Assembly: GCA_965112735.1 (NCBI GenBank)
Contig: OZ218963.1
Coordinates: 3,224,001 to 3,288,000, forward strand
DNA from: Phaeosaccion multiseriatum
Taxonomy: Eukaryota > Protista > Ochrophyta, other classes
Reading direction: 5' to 3'
Length of the DNA: 64,000 bases
Part shown: positions 12,706-26,143 of the stretch, piece by piece
How positions within the stretch are numbered: position 1 is the stretch's first letter
Layout of the letters: each line of letters starts with the position of its first letter
Notes under the pieces: model-generated
What the model was told of the DNA's origin: nothing
What the model saw: the letters and a program-made list of their open reading frames with translations, nothing else
Databases searched by the model: none
Translations under genes and position numbers: made by a program

Positions 12706-13393
12706 CTGTTGGAGGGAGGTGGTGGGTGAAAACCAGCAGGAGCAGGAGCAGCAGCAGCAGCAGCAGCAGAAGCAGTAGCAGTTGCAGCAGCAGGAGGAGG
12801 AGGAGGATGAGTGTTACTGGAGGGAGGGGGAGGGAGGGGCATTGGCATTGACATTGATGAATGAACGTGTGGGCTGGCGGAGCGTGCCATGTATCCCTCC
12901 ACCCAGAAGGAGGGAGGAGAGACAGACGAGCGCACCATGTTCTCTCCAACGGAATGTTCTGCCAAAAGGAGCAGCGAAAGGAGGAAGAACCTCAGCTGAG
13001 GGGCAGATTGGGAAGCAGATTGGGAACCGAGAAAAAAAAGGGGTGTGGAGCACCAACGCGAGAGGTGCGCAAAACCCCCGCCATGTGGGAACTTCCCTGT
13101 CGGCGATTCACCGGAAGCCGAGAAGCCATCACTGGCCTGGGGCCGATCCCAGTGCAGATAAAAAACACAAAGTTCTCATTCTCTGTCGTTTGTCTCATCA
13201 ACGCGTGCTGGTGGAAGGATGAGGGAAGGACGGTGAGCGTCGCTACCCTGCAAGCACTGCGCTCTGGTCCCCCCTTCAGCCCCCCCCCCCTTCTGCCTTC
13301 AAAACCCCCCTCCCTCCCTTAACCTTATGACCCTTGCTCCTATTTACTTCCCAGTGAACTTCCGTCCTCTTCTCTCTTTCTGCCTGTTCCAGA

Positions 13394-15012
13394 CTACTTG
13401 GCCTTCTCCTTCTCCTTCCGGGTGTTTGCAACAACCGCAGCAGCGGCGGCAGTGTCCGAAATGGCGGCAGAGGCAGCAGCGGCAGCATCCGCAGCCTTGG
13501 TGACAGCAGTACCAGCGGCAGCAGCTGTGGCGGTGTCCTCCTCTCGCTCCTTCGCTTTCCGCTTCTCCCGTCCATGCGCTGCCGCGTCCCCTCCTCCAGC
13601 CCCGCCCTCCTCCTTTGCCCCCGTCGCAACTGCTGCTGCGGCTGGCACTGCCACAGCCTCCCCGTCTGCTAATTTGGTCTTCTTTTCCGCGTGCAGGGCT
13701 GCGGACCTTGCATCAGCCTTCCTCTTGTTGTCATCGGCTGTCGCCACTGCCGCCTCCGCCGCCGCCGCCGATGCTGCCGCTGCTACGGCTGCCACTGATG
13801 AGCGAGGCGCCGTCGTCCCCGCCGCTGCTGCCCCGTCTCTCTTGGAGTAGCTCACTTCCTCCGGCATCAGTCCCTGTAATTACGACAGTGGAAACAGGGA
13901 GTAGCATGCAGACGGAGGGCGGACAAAAAGAACGTACGTCAGATCTCAAGCCCAAGGCTGTGGACCCATTTCAGATTGGGGGAGGGAGGGGGGGGGTCGT
14001 GCAAAGCGCAGTATGATGGAGGAGAGAAAAAAGAAAAAAAAAGAAGACTCACCTCCATGATTGGCTTTTGCAGATAGCCTTTGAACTCGTCCCTCACATA
14101 CCAACGGATGCGGGAATCCTCTACATCCCTCCTGCTCTCCTTGATTCCCACCTCCTTTAGCCGCTTCGCGGTCATATTCTTGCTGTACGTGGGGTGCTTC
14201 CTGCGAAACCTCTCCACGATATCCTGGGTGGGATCAATCAAGGGGGAGGGGGGGAGGGCCGGGTGGGTGGGGTCATTAAGGACAAGATGGGGGTTAAGAC
14301 ACAAAGACGCTATGAGCTACAACGACCCCAGCCTCACCCGCACCAAGCAGCGCCCAAAGCAGCACCTGCGGGCTGTTGCTGCCGCCGGCAACACCCGGTG
14401 CACCTTCTCTCTCTCGTGGTGCAGATGCTGTACACATTCTCTCTCCTTCACAAACATCCTTACCCGGATACCGATGATCCCAGCGCTTTGAATGACTCGA
14501 GTCAGCTCCGGCAGAAGCTCGTCGGGCAACTCCACGGCCTTCTTGGCCACCTTGCCAGTCGACACGTTGGCCGCGCCGCTAGGCATATGTGAAATGCCCC
14601 CCCCTCCCCCCGTCCCAGCGCTGATACCCGCAGGGTTGTTGATTCTCCTCAAGACGTTGGCACCAGCATTGGCGTTGGGGATGCTGTTCAGGCTCGGTGC
14701 CTTCCCAGAGTTGTTGGAGGCGTTGATGCCGGGCAGGGTAGAAGGCACAGCGGGTTGAGGCGACGGCGCATCAGACATCGTTGCGTCTGTCTTCTGCTGT
14801 TGCTGCTCAGCCTGGTGCTCACCCACAGCGGCAGAAGCAGCAGCGGCAGCAGCGGCAGCAGCAGCTACAGAAACAGCAGGAGACGAAGAGGTTACAGGAG
14901 CAAGAGCAGCCGCGTTCGCAACCCCGGCAGGACCCGGAGCAGCAGTGGGGTTGGGACCTGCTGTGGCGCTTCCGTCCTTCGCAGCTTTGACCCTCTGCTT
15001 CACCCCAATCAT
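13394..15012 (-). CDS. Ala-rich nuclear protein with a winged-helix-like domain resembling the CAF-1 large-subunit C-terminus
   Basis: ELPDELLPELTRVIQSAGIIGI / DIVERFRRKHPTYSKNMTAKRLKEVGIKE...RIRWYVRDEF, GT-AG exon structure and basic KRK clusters. The start is uncertain. Confidence 0.55.
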
Positions 15013-16002
15013 GCCTGTCCTTGCACAGCTGCTTTTTTTAAAGACAAAAGCACCAGGGGATCTGGTGGGACTTGGGGTCAGCAACCCAAGCCGACCCCGG
15101 GGACCCGAGGGGGGGGGGAGATTTCCGGGCCGGTGTTCACCCGCACGACGACGCGAGGCCGGGCCACCTGAGTGTAACACACACAAAATAGAAAGCTACA
15201 CACCACACGTTGAAGAGTGCTCTTCTTTTGGTTTGCTCGGGCCTATGTGTAGCCTGCCTGATCCTCGAGGTGTAGCTTGATTAGCACCACCACCTTTTGA
15301 CTGCGGAAGGGCCCCGCACGACTCCTTACAAAACTCTTCCCTCTTTCTCTCTTTTCCATCTATCCATCTAGCTCTCTCCTTCCCCTCTCTCTCCCTCTTT
15401 ACCAGCTCTTTGAGAAGCAGAAGGAGCTGCAGAGGTGTTTTTTTATTTTAAAAAACAAACAAACAAACACCCAAATCGAAGATGCGTCACGCCCCTGTCG
15501 GCGCCGAGGACCCCTCCCCTGCACAAACGTCAGGTGAGGCAGGGGAGGGGATGGTGACAAGGGCAATAAGGACTGAAGCAGTGCACCCCCTCACACTACG
15601 CTTCCGCTCCCGCTGCCCTGCACCTCGCCCGGCCACGCAGAGGGTACCGTCCTCGCTCTTCCTAACTTCGCTTGTGCCTCCACCCCGCCCCCCCTTGCCC
15701 TCTCTCTGTCTCTTGCGTTACAACACATTTTCTTCGAAGACTGGGCAGCAGGTCCTCCTAAGCTCGAGCGCGAAGAGGGCGGCGACGATGAGCAGGACGG
15801 CAGCAGCCCGGTCCCGCTGGTCAGTTGTCTCTTTCTTCGCAGATCTTTCTTTGCTGCGCTTTGTGCTCTCGTCGACGTGCTTCTCATCGATAAGCGCTGC
15901 TTCCTAGCCACTCACGCACCAAGTACACCTTCTTTCCTGTCACTGCCATGACAGGAGATTGAGGATTTCTTCTACGAGGAGGGGCTGGATGCATTGCGCC
16001 AT

Positions 16003-19000
16003 ATGGGCAGCTCAAGTGGCCGACACACATCGCTTGGTGCCTCCAGCATTGAGGTTGGAACACTAGGAGGGGCGGCATGTTACAGCAGCAGCGGCAGCTG
16101 TTGCAGCGGGGGGCCGAGCGGGGGCATGAATGGCGTCAAGAAGCTTGTCCCCACAGGCGTCGCCAAGCCCACGGACACACGCGCTTCCCCTCCCGTGCAG
16201 CTGCATCAGCATCAGCACCAGCCGCAGCCGCAGCTGCTCTCATCAGAAGGGTCAGGAAGAGGCAGGATTGGCGGGCGGTACCCCGATCCCGCCGAAAGGC
16301 GGAAGAAGAATATGTCGTCATTGACGTCTGTCACCTCCCTCCCCCCATCGGTCAGCGTCACTGTCAAGGCCAATGGTCTTGAGCCCTCTGATGCTCGGGT
16401 GGGCGAGTGTGCTGCTCAGAATCATCGTGCTATCTCTCCTGAACCCACTATTGTCGTTGTGGGAGCACCCGATGAGAAGGGCGTGATTCCGTCGCCACCG
16501 GATCCAGTCGCATTCGTCCCTCTGCGGCAAAGGGAGCCCGTGCAGTACCAGCCGGTGTCGCCTGACTTCTCCGCCTCCTTTGTCTCCAAAGGGCGAGGCT
16601 GGCAAGAGCAGGAGGGGCAGTTAGAGCCCGAGAAGCAGCAGCGCGGTGTCAAGGACCAGCAGCGCCCGACGAGCACATCGTCTGCAGCGAGTAGCGGGGT
16701 TGAGGATATGACCCAGTTGGCACACCTACGGAAACGGAGAAAGCAACGCAAGAAGAAGAAGAAGCAGCAGCAGGAGAAGGAGCAGCAGCAGCAGCAGCAG
16801 GAGCAGCAGGAGCAACAGCAGCGGCAACAGCAGGAGCAACAGAAGGAGCAACAGCAGGAGCAGCAAGAGCGTCAAGAGCACCTTGAGCAGCAAGAGCAGT
16901 TGGTGATTCAGCAGGAAGAGCAGCAGCATGGTGGCATGCTCGATGAAGAGCTGTACCAGACGCAACCGCGGGACGACGACAGTGTCATTACACCCCCCCC
17001 AGCCACACTGACATTTGCCACGGAGTATGCTCGAACCCCCCTTGGGCAGCACACTCTCCAAGACTGGGAGGGTGATGGGCCGTTTTTCAGAGAGGATTCG
17101 AACGATCTCAGCCCACTGAAGAGCGCCGGGAGCGGGGGTGTTTGCCCTCCGTCCCCTTCCATGACTGCCCCAATGCCTCCCTCGGAGACCGTCCGCGAGG
17201 CTGTGCCGACATACATAGGCTTAATCAAACAGCAGCAAGGAGAAAATGGGGCGGGCAAACGCAAGAACAAAAGGACCGGCGGTAAGAATAGTGGCGGTGG
17301 GAGGGCAGAGCGCCATAAAGGGGGTGTTATGCTGGAGGAGGATCGGGACGACGATATGGACGTTGCTGCCATCCGAACCCGCTTAGAAAGCGCCCTTTCG
17401 GTTCAGAAGGACAATAGTGATGGTGAAAACGCTCCATCTTCGAGCTCACTGAACAGGGACGGGAATGGGGATGGACAAATGGCGGTGGTGGAGGACAACA
17501 AAGCGAAGCATCACAAGAGGAGGAAAAGCCGGAAGCACAGCAGGAGCAAGGACCTGGTGGTGCGTGCGGACGAGAAGGTGAACTGGGCGATGGTCAAGAG
17601 CCTCATGGAGGACTTTGTGCGGCCGTCTGTGAGCCAGCTGGATGGCGACGAGCAGAGAAGGATTCAACGCTATGTGCAGGTGTACAAAAAGACCAAGACG
17701 GGCAAATGGGATGAGCTTGACGCGAAGGGCAAGTAAGTATCCCCCCCTCCCTTCTGTTGGTCTTGTCGTTTTAGAAGGGCAAGTAAGTACCCCCCCCCCT
17801 TCTGTTGGTCTTGTCCTTTTCGTGTTCGTTTTCTTCTTCCCTCTTTCCCTTGTTTCGATACTGTGAACTTGATTGTTTCTCACATTGTTTCCTGCTCCCC
17901 CCCTGCTTGTGTTCCTTTTACCTTCGGCGCGATCGGTCCCACGGCTGTAACGAACAAAACCGCAACCACAGAAACTCTCGCGGCCTGTACGACAAATGGG
18001 AGGGGCTCATGCAGGATATGAAGCAAGGCACGAGGAACACCGACGTGCATGCGCCGTCGGTGATGGGCTCTGTCAGGAGTCGGGTCGACTCGCTGTGCTC
18101 AGGCTCGGGCGCCTCTGTCCTGGCGATTGAGCTTCAAGAGGTCGACGAAGAGCCCTTGGACGACAACAACAACCATCCTTACGGGGATGACGACGAGGAG
18201 GAGAAGGTAGCGGAGGGGAAATGGGCAGCGGAGGGGAAATGGGGAGGTGGTAGCAGTGCGGCAAAGAACAAAAGAGGAGCCTCACTCTCCGGGGAGGCAA
18301 AGGAGCAGCAGCGAGGAGGAGGAGTAGGAGGAGTAGGGGGAGGCGAGGAGGTGCAGGACATTGAAGACTGCGATGGACGGATGCTGAACTTCCACCTCTG
18401 CGCCTACAACGGCATGGCTGAAGAGCTCCGGCTCTTTGTGGATAGAGACGTGAACCTCGATGCCAAGGACAACTACGGAGCCAGCCCGCTGCTGTTGGCT
18501 TCAGAGAGGGGCCACTTGGCTGCGGTGAGGCTGTTGGTAACGGCAGGAGCGAGCCTGGTCGCGTCGGACGAGAACTGCTACACGGCCTTGCATTTGGCGG
18601 CGTTTTACGGCCATCTGGAGGTTGTAGCTTTTCTCTTAGAGAGCGGCGCGGAGGTAACGGCTGTGGACCATCGGGGGCGGACCCCCCGCAGAATGGCCAA
18701 GACAAAGATCATCGCCCAGCTTATTGCCCAGGTGAGAAGGAGACTGAAAGAGAGGAAGGGAAGAAAATAATCGTTTTTCCCTTGCTTGGCCTTGTCTTGT
18801 ATCTCCAAAAAGGGGCAGAGCGTTTCGTCGTGCATTTTGTGTGTGTTTGGAGTGGGGTCACACCTATACGACTTACACTCTTGACTTTTGAATCCCGCGT
18901 TACCGTGTTTGTTGTATCAGGCGGAGGAGGAGTGCTTCAAGATGGGGAACAAGGGCATTGGCGGTGCTGCGGGCATTGATCTGCTTGCAGCTGTGGCTCG

Positions 19001-19220
19001 AAACGACCTCCGCATGGTGGAGCGTTACATGATGGACACGTCACATGCCAAGAGGAACCCCAGGAGGCTGGATCAAAAGGGTAAGGGCACGGGGCACGGG
19101 GTGTTCCTGTCTCTGCGGTAGAAGTGCTCACGTCTTCTCTTCTCTTCTCTCTCTCCTTCCCCATACGTCTCACGCTCTTACTCCTGATGCGTTTGGGACT
19201 TGGTTGGTGGTACCGGCCTG

Positions 19221-19253
<33 letters not shown>

Positions 19254-20518
19254 GGTGGCTACCACTTTCTCCTACCTGTTGCAAACACAACCCCAACCCA
19301 AGGTCGAAACGGAATGACGTGTCTGCATGTAGCATGCCTCCACAACTATGTCGAAATGGTGGCTCTGCTGCTGGAGGGAGGGGCCGACTGTAACCACGTT
19401 GACGACGACGGAGACACCCCCTTGCACCTCGCCTACCGACTGGGCTCCTATGACATGGTCAAGTCTCTCTGCGAAGCTGGCGCAGACATCTCCAAGCCTG
19501 ATGCAAATGGCAAGATTCCCATGGACCTTCCCCTGCCGGCGCAGGATGCGAATGCAGGACCGGGGGGTGTGAATCAGCAGGCAAGGGGTCACGGAGACAA
19601 GAGGGTACCCAAGACGCTGGATGCCCAAATGCTTCAGATCATGCAGAAGGAGACGTACAAACGTGAGTGCGTGTTGTTGTTGTTGTTGTTGTTGTTATTG
19701 TTGTTGTCGTTGTTTTGTTGTCACGTGGAAGAGAACTTTGACCTGATCAATCCCTGTAGGTGTATGTAGATTGGAGCAACACCAATGCTAGCGCTGTCTG
19801 TCTGTCTGTCTGCCTGCCTGCCAACCACACCACTACCACCACCCTGTGTCTGTGTGCCCACAGGAGGTGCTCAGCAGGTCAGCCGCATTAGAGAGCACAT
19901 GTCTGCTCTGCACCGCCAGTTGGACGCAGAGGAGGAGCTCATTGTCGCAAAGGGGGTGGCGTTGAAGCAGATTTACAATCGCCTGGGTCTGCAAAAGCAG
20001 GAGAGCAAAGTCATGAGGAGCTCCACTCTCCGGAGGGATAAGCAGATCGAGGTAGGTACACACATGGACTAGGCAGAGCTGTGGAACGGATCAAGCGCGC
20101 CATGCATGGCTTGGATGTGAGCGGTGTTATGTTGTTTTTTTGTAAGGCTGTCCATCTGACTTGTCCATCTGACTTGAGTCTATTCTTCTCCCACCGTGTC
20201 TGATTGTTTTCTCTCTTATCCGTATGGTGTACGTACAGACAAAAGAAGACATAACCTCGGAACCAAAAATTACGTATTACGACTCGCATGTGCTCACTCA
20301 ACCTCATGATGTTTGTACGTACGTGTGCGCCTCCACAACCGCAGGTCCTTAGTCGGCAGATATGGCGGTGGCAGGCACTGCTGACTATGCACATGGGTGC
20401 GACTCCTCCCCCTGCACCCGTGTCCACTCTGTCCAAGCGGATGCTCAAGAGCAAGAGGAACGCCAAGAACAAAGCCATCGAAGGACCCACCATCTTGGAA
20501 GGGGAGGAAGAGTCTTAG
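16003..20518 (+). CDS. Ankyrin-repeat protein with a long low-complexity N-terminus and C-terminal coiled coil, multi-exon
   Basis: FHLCAYNG, GASPLLLASERGHLAAVRLLV, YTALHLAAFYGHLEVVAFLLESGA, GMTCLHVACLHNYVEMV, GDTPLHLAYRLG. Confidence 0.85.
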
Positions 20519-20941
20519 GTTGGGAGCCGGCTTCTTCATCCACTGTCTCTTGTTTGTTGTGTATTCGCAGCGCGAGGCATGCAGCTTAGCTTAGCTTAGC
20601 TTAACTTAGCTTCGGCCTGGGGCGTCGACGACAAGGTTGGAAAGCTTTTGAAAAGGAACATACTTCCAACTACTGTAGCAAGATGGACCGCTTTTGCACA
20701 TATAGGAGAGAAGGGGGTTTGGCCTCAAGATATTCGATGTTACATACATTTTTGTATACAAAGCTTGTCACCTCCACTTTTGCTCTGATGGTCAAAAGGC
20801 GTGGTGCGACTATTTAGACAAACCGCTTGACCCAGAGGCTGCTAGGATGGGTTCGCCCTCACCTCATCTGACTTGATTGATTCAGTCCGTAGACGAAAAG
20901 AGGTTGAGAGAGGGATAGCAGGCTGCGCCTCATGTTGGGCA

Positions 20942-23289
20942 TCACGACGGTACGAAGCGTACACGCCCGTCGTGAGGCTCTCGGCTCTGCAGAGCGTCAA
21001 TGGCCATCGCTTCCACTTGCCTCTCCACCGCGTTTAGATTGTGCTCGTAGGCCTGTGGGTGGGAACAGAACAACGTGAGCAGACTTCGTACAGGCGTTAC
21101 ACTCTTCATCGCCGCTTCAGGTGTGCCAAAAGCCAAAGCAGCGTTTGTAACGGGACTATATGCAGGAGAAACGTTCACCTTTCCCCCTGCCTCTCCACCT
21201 TTCCCGCTCAAGTGTGTGTGTGCGTGTGCGTGCGCCCTCCTCTCGAAGACACGTCCCTCTCTACGAGCGTCGTGTGAACCACAGCTGCTGCTCGGGGCGG
21301 TGCGGTGGGCTATCCACACAATTACAATCCGCCTTCCTTCCGCCCTACTCACCTCTCCTCTCGCGGAGAACCAATCTACAAACTTGAGAGCAATAGCGGC
21401 CTGCTTCGCTGTGACGCCGTGCGCCTCGCAAAGCTTCCGCACCCTCTCGTCCAAGTCGTGCAAGTCCTCACCCAAGGCCTTTGTCGCCACCTCCTCCTTC
21501 AGCTCGCCCCACATGGCGTCACAAATGGCGGCGTCGGCCTTTTTTGCCATGTCTTGCCGGGTGGCCGCACCAGCCACCCCAGCTTCCACGGCCTCTAACC
21601 GGGCTTCATGCTCGTCTTCCATGGCCCCAAGCTGAGCATCACGAGTGTCCGCTCTCTCTGACAAGGCGGTATATTCAGCGGTCACATGTGTTGCGAGTTG
21701 CTCCACGTTGCCGCGGTGGTGCTCCACGACTGCACACAGCCCCTCATGTGCCTCAAGCGATGCCGTACGGTGCTGCAGCTGCTCCTCTATGCTCTCCACC
21801 CGCTGGCTGGTCTGAGTGTGCTCCTTCTCGTGGGCCCTAAGCTCGCTCTGAATGATGCAAATGCAACAGTTAAGAGCGAAAGTTGAAGATGAGGGTGTGT
21901 TCTGAGGACAGGCCTACTACCATGGGGACGCTTGGTATCAAGAGGTGCGTGGGAACCCGGGAAACGCTGCATCATTCCAACGACACTCTGAAGCTTTCCT
22001 CCATCGATGTGAGTAGCAGCTTACTTAGACGCGTCGCTCCGTTCGCCCTTCCTTCATTTCATGCCTAAAACTCGCCTTCAAACAGCAAAGATGAACAAGT
22101 TGTCCCGTCTACTTGCTTTGTGCCCCTTCTCCATCCACCCATCTCTCTCGCAATCCTGCTTTCCCATCCATCCACGTCATACCCTCGAGGAACTAACTAA
22201 CCTGAGTGTTAGACATGTGGACTTCTAGCGCCCCTACTCGATTTCCTGTGTCGTCCAGAAAGGCCGACACTGACTGCACTTTGGACACAGCCGATCGAAC
22301 ATGAGACAGCTCCGTCTGGTGGGTGATGGACGCAGGGGGGGGGGTGAAGGGGGAATTCAATGGAGACGAATGGGGACGAGAGTGAGATGTACATGGCTGT
22401 CTTCCTAGGCTGGAAAGTGGGGGGCTTGCTGACCTAGCCAAGTCTGCTTTTGCACACCCGTGACGGCTCTAAGCTCGGTCATCGAGTTGGTCATTAACGG
22501 TCCTCTCCGTCGCCGAACCTGCTCTGTAATAAAAGTACCTTGTCAAGCTTGGTGGCAAGTAGGGTTTGGACTGCTGCCATTTGCTGTCCCATGCCTCTCT
22601 GACTCTCCCCCAACGCGTCGGCAAACTCTCTCTCCACCCCCCACTTTCGCAATTGTTGGGCCTCGGCGCGAATGCAGTGACGAATGTCAGTCATCTGAGG
22701 GGTGCATAGGATGATACAAGGGTGAATGTCGCGGAGAATGAGGAGGAGAACGAGGAGGAGGATGAGGAGTGAGCCTACGAGTAAGGGCAACGACCTTAAC
22801 CTTTTTTTTGGGTGTGTCTCACTCCGTTCTTACCTCCTCCTCCACTTCGTGCCTGTCGGCTTTGCTGGCAAGAATCGTTAGCGCCTTCTTCAAAGCGCAT
22901 CTTGTGGAGTCAACACATTCCCCGATCGTCCCGCTGCCCTCCTCTACTGCTCCGACGCCTTCTCTTGCCTGTGGATCCCCACCCACACGCCGCCCAGCCC
23001 CGCCAAGACGCACTGCAGCAGAAGGCAGCTGAATGGCGCGCTCTAGAGCATCTATCCGCTGCTCCTGCCCCCGCAGCTGCTGCTCCATCTCGCAGCACAT
23101 CGTCTTGAGTTCTTCGTTGGTCGCCCTCTTGCACACCTCTGCTCTGAGGGATACAAGCTCCTTGCTGTGCGCCTCCACCAGGTCCAGCAGCTGCTGAAAC
23201 ACAGTCTCAGCCTTGTCGAGATTAAGGAGGCCTTTCAGACTAATCGCGGCGGCACTGTTGGTGCTGGTCTTGTCGCTTGGAGGACTCAT
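20942..23289 (-). CDS. Coiled-coil protein of unknown function, multi-exon
   Basis: Heptad-rich exons (LKGLLNLDKAETVFQQLL..., KADRHEV, LATKLDK, AIALKFVDWFSARGE / AYEHNLNAVERQVEAM) linked by GT-AG introns. Confidence 0.7.
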
Positions 23290-23531
23290 CTTGGCAGTTG
23301 GGCTTGCGCGTATCAGCGCTGCTGCTCCTTCTTTTGTCGCCAAGCAGCCGCTACCAGCTGGCCGCTCCTGACACCACTCCTCCTCTCACCAGCGCTCCAG
23401 CTGCTTATTTCGCTGCATATATCTGTTCCCAATGAAATCTCAATGTCTCCATTGTGCATCGTCGGGGAGGGCCCTGTCCTAAACAATGACGTTTCAGAAA
23501 TCGAGAGATGGGTTGAGGGACAAACGAGGTG

Positions 23532-26111
23532 ATGAAGATGAGTACTACCGCTCTGTGGGCGAGCTCTGGAAGCCTCAGGGCCCTGAACCAGCTGGAAGAG
23601 CAGGAAGAGGAGGAGAGGCAGCGACAAGAGGGCCCGCAGCAGCAGCAGCAGCAGCAGCAGTGGATGCAGGATGAAATGGCTGTTGGGGGGGTTGTAGGCG
23701 ATGGTGATGAAGTCACGGCGGAGGAGGACTTTGAGGATGTTATTTCGTCGGTCGTCTCAGGTCGACCCGTGACAGCTCCCACTCCCGAGCGCTTTTCCTC
23801 CCCCCCTTCCAGCAGCAAGCGGATGAAGAGAAGAGGGCCAGGAAGAGGAGTAGGGAGGGGCTCCTGGCAGAAGAGCGGCGCAGAGCGAGCACACGGGTCG
23901 GGACCGCTGGCGAAAGGAGAGGGAGGGCGGCTGGGAGTAGAGGGAGGGGGGGGGGGCAAAGGAGCGAACGAACGGGCTCGTGAGACTAGTACGCACTTTG
24001 TAGGGCCCCTCACGGCCAGGAAGTATGTATCCATCTCGCAGCGGCGCAGCCATGGGAACCACAGCCCCGTGCAAAGGTCGATTTTGCGGCGAGAAAGGCT
24101 AGAGAAGCAGCATCAGCATCAGCAGCAGCAGCTTGGCTGGGAGCAGTGCATGCAGAAATTCCGAGGGAATTATGGGGGTCTGCGGCTGAGACTCCGAGGC
24201 GAGGAAGGATTCCGGGCTAGCCTCCTTACGGGCAAGCCGTGTCCTCCACCGGCCCCGGGTGGGCTTGCCTTAGGAGGAACGGCAACAAAAATACATCGAG
24301 ATGAAGCAACCTGTCCATCAGGAGGGGGTGCGCACTCTAGCTCGGCTCGGGAGGGGGAGGACGAGGACGAGGAGGAGGAGGGATGTCGCCGACCAGCTGA
24401 TCTTGACTCATTCTCCGCTCTTTTCAAAAGAGACCAACCGGTATTGCCTGTTCCGGATGCGCACGCGAGCTGTTACAATTTGTGTGCGTCCTCCATCTTT
24501 GGTCGTCGGCGATACGATGCCACCTCCTCTTCGCCCCCCATCTCATCCTCTCCCTACGCTCATCTGCGTGGGGCCTTTGATGCTGACCTGCGGGGTGAGC
24601 GTAGGCCCTCCAAGTCAGCACCCGCGAGCTTGTTGCATGAGTCTTTCTCGCCTCCAGCAGGAACAGTTGGGGGAGGCTCGGGACCTGCAGCGACAGAAAG
24701 TACTTCAGAGACGGGGGCAGCAGAAAGGCAAGAGGGGGTCAACGACACAGGCATGGGGGAGAGTAGCAGCGGTAGCAGTGGCGGCCAGAAAGCTTTAGGG
24801 GACATGGAAGGGCGAGGCCGTGAAACGATGAAGTTGACAGTGTCTGCAGCGACCACTTCTTCACCGAAAATGCAAAAGTCCAGAGCTGGGGGTGCAGGAG
24901 GAGGTGTTCCAGTCAGTCGACTTCCCGCCGCGATGGGGAACTTCAGAACCAAAGGAGGAGGAGAGGGAGAACAGGGGGGAGGAGAGAGGGGAACAGGAAA
25001 GACGAAGGGAGGAGGCCTCCGCCTCTTTACCGAGACAGAGCTGAGCCACCTTATGCGCTTCATATCGGGGGACGTTTCAGCACCCGCAGGGAACTCCTCG
25101 TCTCTCACATCGAGCACAGGGGTAGAAGGTCCGCTCACGGCGCAGGCAACGGAAGCAGGGGTCCAGGGAGGAGCTCTGCAGCAGCAGCAGAAAGCTGTGG
25201 ATGCGATCATCACGTTAGAAAGTGTCTTGGTCGCTTTCCGCCGCCTCAACCGGGCGAGAGCAAACGAAACGCTCGAGGCCCGTGGACGCGTGGCGTGCTC
25301 CAAGGTAAGTGTGCGCAGGACGCCAAACCGATAAAAGCCCCTTCGTATACATAGCATACTCTTGTCGACTCCATTGAATCGTATGACTACAAGGAGAAAA
25401 GAGCCGCACTGGATGCCGAACAACGCCTCAGACACTGTGCTTTCGCCTCCCCCCCACGCCCTTCCCTTCTTCCCTTCTTTGGCCCTCTCCCTCCTCTTTC
25501 AGTTGCTTCGCCTCATCGAGCGTTGTGGGCTCTCCTTCGACAGCTGGTTCGAGCTCGTGGACATGAGTGGAGACAACCTCCTCACTCCGTTGGAAATCAA
25601 GGCAGGGCTCGGTCGTATGGCGGAGCTTATCGAAAAGAGGGAGCGGTTCTGCCTCGAGGAAACGTGTCACCGCAAGCCCAACTACGGCAACGCGGAGGAC
25701 GGATTGCCCACGCACTGCAGCGAGCACTTCCAGGAGGGCATGATCCATGTGGGGTATTCGCACAAGAACGACAAGTACGAGAGTCCCTCCTTCAGCAACT
25801 CGGATCTGCAGGACCTGTTGAGGTACTGCGACGGTGACGCCAACCAAAACCTCTCCACCAGTGAGTTCAAGAACGCACTGCATCAGCTTTCCGTGGACAC
25901 CAATGCCAGGCGGGTTACTCAAGAAGGGGGCAAGGTGAGAAGGATTGGGTGGTCAGGGTAGATTCGGCGGAGTGAGGAGATGTGTGTGTCCTATACACCC
26001 TCTAGTACCATCTGCGTAGGGAGGACATGCGAGTTTTGTAGCGAGACGGCAATGCATATACGACGATTCTCGGGCGTCCCTGCTGCTTCCGTCGCTACTC
26101 TGCGCGAATGG

Positions 26112-26143
<32 letters not shown>

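Noticed and set aside
20583-20640. (TTAGC)n run followed by a TCGGCC...GACAAGGTT TIR-like string
   Set aside because: Not a TTAGGG/TTTAGGG telomeric motif, only about 5 units, and no partner TIR found.
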